From: Vicugna vicugna | Taxonomy: Eukaryota | Assembly: GCA_013265495.1 (NCBI GenBank) | Contig: MU058103.1 | Span: forward strand, 248,001-312,000 | DNA: 64,000 nt | Reading direction: 5' to 3' | Shown here: positions 12,236-23,069 of the stretch, piece after piece | How positions within the stretch are numbered: the first letter of the stretch is position 1 | Layout of the letters: the number at the start of each line of letters is the position of its first letter | Position numbers and translations under genes: made by a program | Notes under the pieces: generated by a model | What the model was told of the DNA's origin: nothing | Databases searched by the model: none | Seen by the model: the letters and a program-made list of their open reading frames with translations, nothing else

Positions 12236-15036
12236 CCCAGGATGTCCATGTTGGGTCTCTTTCCTTGTTTACTAATGAGAAGTGAACTACTCATCATGGA
12301 CTTTCTCCTACTATTTTTAAAACGTGCATCCTAGTGACTAATCACTAGTGGGTCACTCTTCCGTGGACTTAAGTTTTCTCCTTGCTAAGCAAGGAGGGTT
12401 TTGGGGGAGGATTAAATAAGGTCCATAAATGTGATAAGCTTCAAACGCTGATACTAAGCAGTATAACACTTCTGTACAATGTGGTATAGTGGCAGTGACT
12501 GCTGTTCTTTGTTCCTACTCATTGGAAAGAACAGATCAGCAGCAGCAGTGCCAAATATTTACTAAGCGCTCACCACAGCCAAGCTCTGTGTGGCTTCCTC
12601 TCTGCTGGATCATAGGAGTATTTTTGTAGACTGTCATTTTCAGATTCTTCACTGGAAACAGAATCTTGTATTCTGTATTATCAAATCACCCTATGATTGT
12701 GAGAGTGGTCAGAGCTATTAGAATTATAGAGACAGGGCATTTTCTGAGTTTATATGTTTGTTTTATTATATTCTAGATGCATATAAATTTTACATGTTAT
12801 TTCTTCTTTATGAATTGTTTCTACAAAAGTAGATTAGGAAGAACTTCCCTTTTTTTTTCTTTTTTTCTATTTTTCACTCTGGGTAAATAATGTGTCTGGA
12901 AAGGTACAGTTTTTGCCAAGGGAAAAAAAAAGATTCTTTCCAATGAGACGAAACAAGATTACACTAGGATATATGTCAGTAAAATTTAAGCTTTGTTGAC
13001 AAGGAGGCTATATCATTGTGTAAAATTCTTGCAAACTGTCTCTCGAGATGGCCTAAAGAGATACCAGATGCAGAGTGACATGCAGAAGTAGTCTCCACGT
13101 CTCTGCCATTTATAAAGCTTGCAACCTTTTTTTTTCAGTATATTTTCACCATGCAAAAGAACTTTACCAGAACTCGATAAAATTTTCCATAAATGAAGCC
13201 AGTTGTTGAACTGATCAATTAAAGTTGCAAAATCTAGACCAAAATAAACAAATGTCATTCTCTGGAGAAAATTACTTCTTCTAGGACTTCCCCAGAATTG
13301 TACATTACTGATTCACCATTCAGCACCCTAAAAACTCTAAAACACATGGCAAGCAAAATGTCCTCAGCTTGGGTGAAATCACACCCAGAAATTCAGAACC
13401 TGTTTATTATTGTCTAAAAATTACTGCTAGGATATGGCTAATCAAAATGAAAGTAAAAGCTCTGCACATTTGATTTGTGTATGGATTAGCATGAACATAT
13501 TATATTAATTCAATTGTGTTACTAGATTTGCAAAATAAATTTGTTTTCTGGTTCTAATTTGTAATAATTGCGATAAATGCTCATGGATAGCCTTGCTTAT
13601 GCTCTCCTTGGTAATCAGCATATCAGCCAAGAACAGACTAACAAGAGATGACAAACCTTGTAACTGCACATTTTACCACCAAAGTATGGTTAATTTTTCC
13701 TCTCTGTTCAACTAACCTCATTCTGGACTTTTAAAATCCCATTTACACCCTTTTTACAACTCCTAACTGGTTTCCTCTGTTGGGCTGTCTGCCTTCACTC
13801 CATCCTACATAGGGATACCACATCAGACTTAGTAAAGCACGGAACACAGTGTCAACTCCTTAGCGTGGGAGCAAGATCCTTGGTAATTTAGTCCTGGTCC
13901 AGCCCATTAATTTCCTTCATTCACCCCTTCCTAGACTAACAAGAAGTTTACCCTGTTCTTCACACATTCACATATGCCTGTCTATATGTGCTTGATTGCA
14001 TTTGCCTAGAACAATATTGACATCATCCTCATCTCTGACTGTTGACATTTGAATTGTCAGAGTGCCCTATAAGTATTAATATTGCTAACCTAACCTTTAG
14101 AATACAATCCACATGGTATATAAATCACTCTATGAATTTGTTCTGCCTTTTTCTTATTCCTTATTCCTTGATAATATTCAATGTGTAAAACTGTGTTCAT
14201 CTTGCTAGATTGAATATCACATGCTTTTTATATATCGGCTATTTACATTGAGTTGAAGGAATAAAGGATCTTTTACCATGTTAGACATTATGTGCTTGAA
14301 CATCCTCAGGGTATCTTCATCCAGAATACCTATCCTTTTCTCCGTAACTTCTCTTTTCACAAAAATCTGACACCATCAATTCCTTTTTCATTCTTCAAGT
14401 TAAAGTTTAGGTGATCTATCTTCGGGGATTATTCCCTAAAGAGCCCTTTGGTGGAGCTGGGTATCTCATGATATCCATGGATATATCTGTGTCATTGTAC
14501 TTAATTTCTACACTATTTTTTATCTTCCCTGTTTTGTAAATTCACTGAAGGCAGAGATTTTTCATAACAGAATTTTCAGTACCAAGTATAAGGCCTTCCA
14601 CTAAATAAAGAATACAGTCAATGTTGGATTTATAAATGTCTATTCCTAATTATCATTTGTGATCTAGACCACAAACTACACTTTCATGAGGTCCTTTATA
14701 TTTTTGTCCATTGGAAAAGTGTTTTCCTTCCTCTGAATCCCCATATAATTTTTTTCATGGAATTTATAGCTTCCTACCCTGCAGTATCTTAATTTATTGA
14801 TACGATTATCTCTCCAGACTAAATTATGAAATATTTTAATAAGAAGAATTATGTTTAATTCTTTTCTGTACTCTTCTAATGCTGGCACAGATTTGGAGCC
14901 TGATGGTCATTTAGGGAATAAATGGATGGTTAGGTGATGCACACCAACTTTTGAAATAGATCCATTAATATGTGTTAGTTATATTGGAATATTGAGCCAT
15001 CATCTAGCCCAAATTCAACTTTATGATGAAATTTTT

Positions 15037-15868
15037 TTTAATTGAAATATAATTGTTTTACAATGTTGTGTTAATTTCTGGTATACAGCATAGTAATTCA
15101 GTTTTATACACATACATATGTATAAAGTTATGTATTCTTTTTATATTTTTTCATCGTGGTTTATTCCAAGATATTGAATATAGTGCCCTGTGCTATACAG
15201 TAGGACCTTGTTTATCTATTTTATGTATAGTAGTTTATATCTGTTAATCCCAAACTCTTAATTTATCCCTCTTCCACTTCTTTTCTCCCTGGTAACTGTA
15301 AGTTTGTTTTCAATGTTCATTAGTCTGTTTCTGTTTTGTAAATAAGTTCATTTGTATCATATTCTAGATTCCACATATAAGTGATACGTATAGTATTTTC
15401 TAGGCTATTTGTCTTTCTCTTTTTGACTTTCTCTTTCACTTAGTATGATAATCTCTAGGTCCATCCATGTTGCTGCAAATGACATTATTTCATTCTTTGT
15501 TATCCATTTATCTATCTTCTTTATCCATTTATCTATCGGTGGACATTTAGGTTGCTTCCATGTCTTGGCTATTGTAAATAGTGCTGCCATGAACACTGGG
15601 GTGCATGTATCTTTTCAAGTTAGAGTTTTCTCCAGATATAGCCTGGGAGTGAGATTGCTAGATCATATGAAAACTATATTTTTAGCTTTTTAAGGAACTT
15701 CCATAATGTTTTCCATAGTGGCTGCGCCAAATTAGATTCCTACCAGCAGTGTAGTAGGGTTCCTTTTTCTCCGCACCGTTTCCAGTATCTGTTATTTGCT
15801 GTCTTTTTAATGATGGCCATTCTGACTGGTGTGAGGTGATACTTCATTGTAGTTTTGATTTGCACTTC
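15037..15868 (-). mobile_element. 5'-truncated L1 (ORF2 C-terminus + 3'UTR)
   Basis: Minus ORFs 15405-15596 ([19 protein letters not shown]) and 15740-16000 ([20 protein letters not shown]) are ORF2 C-terminal remnants. TSD tatgatgaaattttt (15022-15036) / tgtgatgaaatcttt (15869-15883). Confidence 0.92.
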
Positions 15869-17339
15869 TGTGATGAAATCTTTAGACTTACAATCACAGA
15901 GAAGCATCTTACAGAGTCCACAGTATGGGTAGTGGTCGCAGAGGAGGAGGAGGAGTTGGTATGGTTCACTGGTCATAGGACATTTATGTTGGCGTGACAA
16001 CTTTGTGCTTTTCTACAACAATTATTTAACTTGACCTGGACTAAAGGCTGTCAGAGCAAACAAAATGAGGAGTCCTTGTCTGCTGGTTCCTTCTCAGTTT
16101 CTTTAACAAATCCTTATTGAGTAATGACCATATTCCAGGCATTGTGCTAGACATGGGTGAAAGAAAAAGGGATAGAAACTAAAAAATGCTCTTTGAGATA
16201 TTACTGTATTTTAAAGATGAAAACCTTGTGTCTGAGAGAAATTGTTTTACTAACCCTGGATCACAAAGTCAGTGCATGGAGAGAATTCAGCATAAGAATT
16301 TTCTGTCAATTAATACATAAATTTAAGAAGTAATAGATTCCTGAACGTCATTGCATTATCTTCTTTCCCAAATAATTATTTCAACTACCCAGTGGCTGAA
16401 AATCAGTAAGCAAAATCTTTGTTATAAATCTGAACATTTGCCAGTGATAATTAGGATTATGTTAAGAAAGAAAAAAAAAAGGGTTTGTTTTTTTTTGAAA
16501 TTTATTGGTAGTTAGCTATTGCTATAGTATCTTGGATAATTTCAGGAATGTGTGATGAAGATTAGTATCAAATTTGAGATGTGTCTGAGTTTAAGGAATG
16601 AATCTTAGACTTATTAAGAAGACTTTATGAAGAAATACCTCTTGAGTCTCAAAACTTAGATTATTAAGTAAAATAAACACTTCTAATTATGTAAATAATA
16701 CTTTATACTTTATTTCTTACTGAATCAGGTATTGATGCATAATGTGTGTATTTTACATTGTTTAATAAAGTTTCATATAATGTGATATACTACATTAACT
16801 TGATAGGTGATGGATATTTTTCCTTCAGTATTTTGTGGTGGTGGTTCTGTTTTTAAAAAAATCAACTTTTTGATAGATTTCCTGACAATGAAGTAGTAGT
16901 AAGGAAAAAAAAAAAAGAAACTCGGGTGAAAATTTGCTGTATGGAATTCACAAAGAGAATAAAGCATATGTGGATAATTGGGGAACAGTTATATGAGACA
17001 TGGTGAACATCTGTGGGGAGCACAGATGTTAACTGCTATTTGGAGAAGACAGCATATTAATTCATAGCAATTATTTCAAATGGTTGGAAGACTTCAGGTT
17101 GACACGACACATTTGTTTTCTTTTACCTTCTTTTTTTTATGTCAGCAGTTATTCCATGGAAATATGCAAGCAATCAGTGTGGAAAAATGACAGGCTCATC
17201 ATTTAGAACTCTAACTCTGACATGTTGGCGATATGAAAGATCTGAGAGCATCAGTCTGTCCCAGCCTGACTTAGCTAGTCATAAAAGGCTGTATATAAAT
17301 GTGAAATAGTATGAAATATGAAGGGAAACTGGCAAAACA

Positions 17340-17560
17340 TAATAATAGTTAACACTTGTATAGTTCTTACTCTTGTTTTACACAGATTAATTCATCTCAT
17401 CCTCATAACATCCATATGAGGTAGTTTGTGTTATTAGCCCTACTTCATAAGTGAGGAAACTGAAGGAGGGATAGGTCAGTAGAACAGATGGCACCTGATG
17501 GAGCTAGGGATCAACTCAGGCAGTCTGGTCTCAAAAAACTGTGCTCTTAACCGTTAAGCT
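17340..17560 (-). mobile_element. MIR SINE
   Basis: aataatagttaacacttgtatag...cctcataaca...atgaggtag...gtgaggaaactgaagg...caggcagtctggtctc. Confidence 0.75.
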
Positions 17561-17968
17561 GTAACTTGAGGTGCATAAATGCATACATGTGTATGCATGT
17601 GATTTACGTACATTTGGATATGCGTATGACTCTGTAAGTGTGTGTAAATATATACAGTTGTAATAAGTTCTCCTTTGCACATCTTCCTATATTTTTCCTA
17701 AAATGTGACATCAGACTCTGATGACTATCAATAGTAACCCATTCATTTACTCAGTCATTCATGCATTGCTTGAATAATGTAAAACCTATACTGTTGGTGA
17801 ATGAATGTATCAGTAAATGACTGAATGAATCCATCAATGTCAGAATGTAAGAATCAAAAGTATGAGTAAATGAAGAGTGAATAAATGAATGAATTCATAA
17901 TTCAAGGAATGTTTGCTGAATATCAACTTTAGTCCCACCTCCAAAAAAAAAAAAAAAAAAAAAGAAAA

Positions 17969-18408
17969 NNNNNNNNNNNNNNNNNNNNNNNNNNNNNNNN
18001 NNNNNNNNNNNNNNNNNNNNNNNNNNNNNNNNNNNNNNNNNNNNNNNNNNNNNNNNNNNNNNNNNNNNNNNNNNNNNNNNNNNNNNNNNNNNNNNNNNNN
18101 NNNNNNNNNNNNNNNNNNNNNNNNNNNNNNNNNNNNNNNNNNNNNNNNNNNNNNNNNNNNNNNNNNNNNNNNNNNNNNNNNNNNNNNNNNNNNNNNNNNN
18201 NNNNNNNNNNNNNNNNNNNNNNNNNNNNNNNNNNNNNNNNNNNNNNNNNNNNNNNNNNNNNNNNNNNNNNNNNNNNNNNNNNNNNNNNNNNNNNNNNNNN
18301 NNNNNNNNNNNNNNNNNNNNNNNNNNNNNNNNNNNNNNNNNNNNNNNNNNNNNNNNNNNNNNNNNNNNNNNNNNNNNNNNNNNNNNNNNNNNNNNNNNNN
18401 NNNNNNNN
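17969..18408. other. Assembly gap (440 N) flanked by poly-A tracts
   Basis: Run of N from 17969 to 18408. Confidence 1.
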
Positions 18409-18562
18409 AAAAAAAAAAAAAAAAAGAAAGGAAAAGGAGAGAGACCCCTGAATTCATGAAGTTCATAGTATAGTAGTTTTGAAAGGCTAAGGACAGAAGA
18501 TATCCAAGTCCAGTAGAGTGTTACAAAGAAAAGGTGGCGTCAGAAGAGATGTATCAATCCAA

Positions 18563-18733
18563 AGTGCTGTCCAAGTCTAATCGCACATTAGAATCTACTG
18601 GAAACCTTAAAAAAAAATCCATCACCCGTGTCCCACTTGAGACAAATTCAATCCAAGTCTTGGGGGATAAATGCCAGGCATGTGAAATTGTCCTAAATGA
18701 TTCCAAGGTGCAGTCATTATTTGAGAACCACCG
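18563..18733. mobile_element. MER5-like hAT-Charlie MITE
   Basis: gcacattagaatctactggaaaccttaaaaaaaaat...ccaggcatg...tgattccaaggtgcagtca...tttgagaaccac. Confidence 0.7.
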
Positions 18734-19559
18734 GTCAGACCAAGGGAGATCTCTAAGGAAGCTTTTACAGAGACAATTTTCTGGTTGATTCTTGCTAAGT
18801 TGAGGCCTTGCTATTCTAGAACAACAAAGGTGCAGTGAGAAAGTGCAGGGACAGAACAGCAGCGGGGAGGGTTGGAAGGGAAAGAAAGGCAAGGAAGAAA
18901 ATTGCTAAGTACAGAGACTTCTTGGCAGAATTACAGCTTACTTTGCTTCTGCAGCCTCTGAGCCCCTGGGCCCTTTGTCTCAAGCTATCTGCCTTGACTC
19001 CCTTGGCAGACAGGAATTAAAACACTCAGCTGGGCTACGGTATCCTGGACTTATTTAGGATAATGGCCTTTATCGATTGCGGTTCTCTGCCTGCGGGCCT
19101 CGTAGGACGTTTCAGCTTCAACTTTGACTTCAGACTCATACTTCCCTAAATAGCTTCTAAATGGATTTTAAAATGCTCCATCTAAATTACTTAAAGGCTT
19201 ACCTCAGCCACCCCATCAATTTCTAGAGAATGAGCTCTTGCCCACCACTAAGATTTTGTAGCACTTCACAAGCCAAGTAAAAGCTACAGCCCTTGCCCTA
19301 AGGCGTTTACCTCCGTGAAGTAGGTGTGACTAGGTACTTAAAAATACATAAAATCCTATGATTTGGAATCGGATCCAGAAATGCTGACTCTCTCCCTGTC
19401 CTTAGAGCTGTTAACTACTTTACTGAGCGTTTCATATCATTTCCATCTGACAATACGGGGCTATAACACTTTGTGCTGCTCATACTAAGAGAATCTTAGT
19501 TTAAAATCACCTGAGAGGGTCTTTAAATATTTTGACTATTGTCTTTGTTGAATAATACT

Positions 19560-19780
19560 GACAATAGCTAATTAGTCAACATTCTTAGCACTTTGCATGT
19601 TATTAGTTTACTTAATTTTCTCCACATCCCTATAAGATTAGTGATTTATAACTTTTAACGTATAGATGGCAAATTAGTATCACAGAGAAGGTATGTAACT
19701 TGTCCAAGGACTCTAGGCTCTTAAGGGGCAGATCTGGGACACAAATCCAAACAATCTGGTTCCAGAGCCTGTGTGCTTAA
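19560..19780 (-). mobile_element. MIR SINE
   Basis: agcactttgcatgttattagtttactt...cacagagaaggtatgtaacttgtccaagg...tctggttccagagcctgtgtgcttaa. Confidence 0.75.
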
Positions 19781-19959
19781 TATAAAACAAACATGATTTG
19801 TGTCTTGGTTTTCTCATGCTTAACATTTTAACATTGTAAGGAAATAAGGCTATTTTACAGAATGTTTACAGGAGTTCCTGATCCATGATAAATAATTAAT
19901 ACATATTAGACATGATGCTAATTATATTTTCTAAATATTTTTTGGAAAGGAGATGAAAT

Positions 19960-20165
19960 TAACAATTGAGTAACCTACCAATGTTTTTGAGTTTTACAAC
20001 CATTATTTCATTAACGCTCACCAAAAAACCCCCTAAATTATATCTACAACCAGGCTCATTTTATAGGTAGGGAATTGGGAACTCAGAGTAGACAAGCAAT
20101 TAATCTCAAGTCACACAACCAAGAAGTGGTCGAACTAGAATTGGAAACAAAGCTAACTTGGGTTT
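19960..20165 (-). mobile_element. MIR SINE
   Basis: ctcattttataggtaggga...actcagagtagacaagcaattaatctcaagtcacacaac. Confidence 0.55.
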
Positions 20166-20779
20166 TTCCTGGCAAATGGCCCTCCTTTTGATCACTGAGG
20201 TGAGTCCCTCACTTAGACTGGCATGGTTAAGAGGACTTTTTGATGATGCATCATTCAAATATGTCATGATGTCTACAACACATAACATAAGCTTTAATTA
20301 ATATAGAGTAGGGGATCAATTGAAAGGCTAAAGTCACAATTAACTAGTTAAACTTCTAAATATATGCACACGCTTACAAAAAGAGCTGGCTGTGAGTGTA
20401 ATTTTGAACGTAGGGAATTTAAAAATATAATGTTACAAAGGAAATGAGGATATTGACGGCTCCCAAGGCAGACAGCTCAATTATATAGAACACAAACAGC
20501 CGGTAAAGATACATGCTGCAAGTGAGACGTCTACATGTGAGTGTATGTACTTTGTTAGACACAGAAGTATCCATTGTCTGAACAGACATCTGTTCATCTG
20601 TTTCCTGGCTGGCACTGGACTTGATGATGCTTACTGAGCTATAAATTGGTGAGACTGAATATATAAATATATTTTTTTCTAAAGAAAAATGCCTAAATAG
20701 CTTAATGAATAGGTGATTATTTTTTCATGCATGAATGAACACGGAACTGTATGAATAACACCAAATTATAGTACTCTTT

Positions 20780-20975
20780 TTTTAATACTTACAAATAACC
20801 AGGCACTATTCTAGGTGCTTTATTATACGGCCTCTTTTAATCCCTGCAACAATCCTATTTTTTTTCTCTCATTTTGCAGCTAAAGAAACTAACACTCTGA
20901 CAAGCAATTAAGGTTTCTGAGTTCACACAGCTAATGTTAGATATGAGATCTCATGTTATGTCATGCTTTTACAGT
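20780..20975 (-). mobile_element. MIR SINE
   Basis: ccaggcactattctaggtgcttta...tttaatccctgcaacaatcctat...ctcattttgcagctaaagaaact. Confidence 0.65.
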
Positions 20976-22082
20976 TTCCCATAGCCTCCAAAGAAATAAG
21001 AGATTTCAAGTAAGTCCTACAATTTGGAAAAGAAAGATGACTCTCTCTCCTCCTCCCTCCCTCTCTTCCCTTTCTCTATCTCTCTGTCTTTTTCTCCCTG
21101 AAAAGTATTTCATAAAGTTCAAGAGTAGCAACAAAGGCTTATGCTATCTACATGTTACAACATAGTCTCCTAAGTTTTCCAGACACAGGCCATGATGCAC
21201 ACAAGCCAAGTTGCAATGTATGTGTGTTTATCATACCTCCTGATGTGACCATGGCCCTCCCTCTTCTGATGTGATTTCTCCAATAGCAAATAAGTGAAAG
21301 CAACATTATTAGAGAGATAGTCCTAAATATCTTTAGATTTATTTGCTTGTTCATTTTATTCATTTACAAGCACTGGAACTTACTCAAATTTGTCTTGTTT
21401 TTGGCCTCAGAATTGTGCTACCTGGGGTGTCATGCTACTTTGAAAACCAAAACTAGTTTATTGTTAGATTTGGCAAGTTTGTTGTTATTCTTGGCTTGCT
21501 TGAGTTTGGTCTATTGCTTGGTTGCTTTTTGTTTGGTGTATTATTTGTGTGGACTGGATATTTTCCTTTTGATTTTTAATACATGTTGCCTGTCTTATTC
21601 CCAGGAGATTCTGATCAGTAAGTAAGGCAAATCCCTAAAATTTGTATTTGTAAAAATGTCCTTCGGACATTCTGATCCACAGCCATATTTGGGAACCAAT
21701 TCCAGGCACAAGTTGATATTCAAATGACTCCTTTCAACCATTCTCTCCTATCTATATAATAGCGTCTTCTATCCTTAAACAACAAGTGATAAAAACAAGG
21801 AGTTTCTAATGCTCAGAAACTTCCTTTCATACTTGCTCCTATAAAAGATGAGAGCAGTTAAACAAAAACGGCTCAATCATTTTTAAAATGTCAGATCTTT
21901 GCTCTCTCAGGATCCTTTACCACAGAAGAACATTCATATTTCTTCTGGTTTCCCTAATAATAACACTAAAAATAAAATAAAATAAAATGTATGAGACTTT
22001 TTGTGTCTCTAGGTCTCCAGTCCATTGCCAACTTTAATTCATAGCAGTCAGTATTAATTCAGACTTAAGGTTCCTGGGAAAG

Positions 22083-22697
22083 ATAACAGATGCCTGGATT
22101 TTTTTTTTTTCTACACTTGATTTTCTTATGTTCCATCGTGGTTGGCTAAATCTATTTATTCCAGATTCCAGCCTCAGGCATCTGTAAATGTGTTAGTTTA
22201 ATACTTTGTCATCTCTTCTTTGCATTTTTCATGGAGGATAGATGGTTTTATATTAAGAAACCACAATAAAGTGTTTCCTGACAAGGAAAAGATTGATTCT
22301 GGGAACATCCATCAAACACACAGAATTGATTTTTCTCATTTTATACTGAAATCACAAAATGCTTGGTGAAAAGCATCTATCTGCAAGATCATAACAGATG
22401 CCTGGTTTTTTTTTTTTCTACACTTGATTTTCTTATGTTCCATCGTGGTTGGCTAAATCTATTTATTCCAGATTCCAGCCTCAGGCATCTGTAAATGTGT
22501 TAGTTTAATACTTTGTCATCTCTTCTTTGCATTTTTCATGGAGGATAGATGGTTTTATATTAAGAAACCACAATAAAGTGTTTCCTGACAAGGAAAAGAT
22601 TGATTCTGGGAACATCCATCAAACACACAGAATTGATTTTTCTCATTTTATACTGAAATCACAAAATGCTTGGTGAAAAGCATCTATCTGCAAGATC
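22083..22697 (+). repeat. Direct tandem duplication, 308 + 307 bp
   Basis: 22083-22390 and 22391-22697 read identically except for one A before the T12 tract (gga-T12 vs gg-T12). Confidence 0.97.
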
Positions 22698-23069
22698 TCC
22701 CCTTTAGGGATACTGGTGTGAAAGGAATATTTACAGTATTTCCCTTCTGGTAGCTCAACCTGGGAGATAAAAAAGATTATACAAGCCAGGGAATTGTCAT
22801 GAATCCAGCATAGAAGGGACAGGAAAATTGTACCATAGTGAGAAGTCACTTGAACTAACATCACTGAGCTATCTCATCTCAGAGATGTCACATGCACTTC
22901 CCAAGACTCAATTTCCACCTCTGTAAAATGGACTTCCTATTATGTTACAGGTTATTGAAGAGGTTTACTGAGGTAAAGAATATTATCAGATATATTTTCA
23001 AATAGTTAAAAACAAAGCTGTCCCACAAATATGGGATGAAAATGTGTGTATTTCAAAAAACATCTCTTA

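Noticed and set aside
13013..13258. 81-aa minus-strand ORF as an exon or processed pseudogene
   Set aside because: No recognisable protein similarity, splice pair, poly(A) or TSD
17735..17900. Inverted (CATT)n/(GAAT)n arms as a structured RNA
   Set aside because: Degenerate low-complexity L2-tail-like repeats; pairing is short and imperfect
17840..18473. ORFs of 186 and 208 aa
   Set aside because: Artefacts of translating through the N gap
22083..22697. CRISPR-like or LTR-pair structure
   Set aside because: Two adjacent long copies with no spacers, no TG...CA termini and no internal region; eukaryotic context
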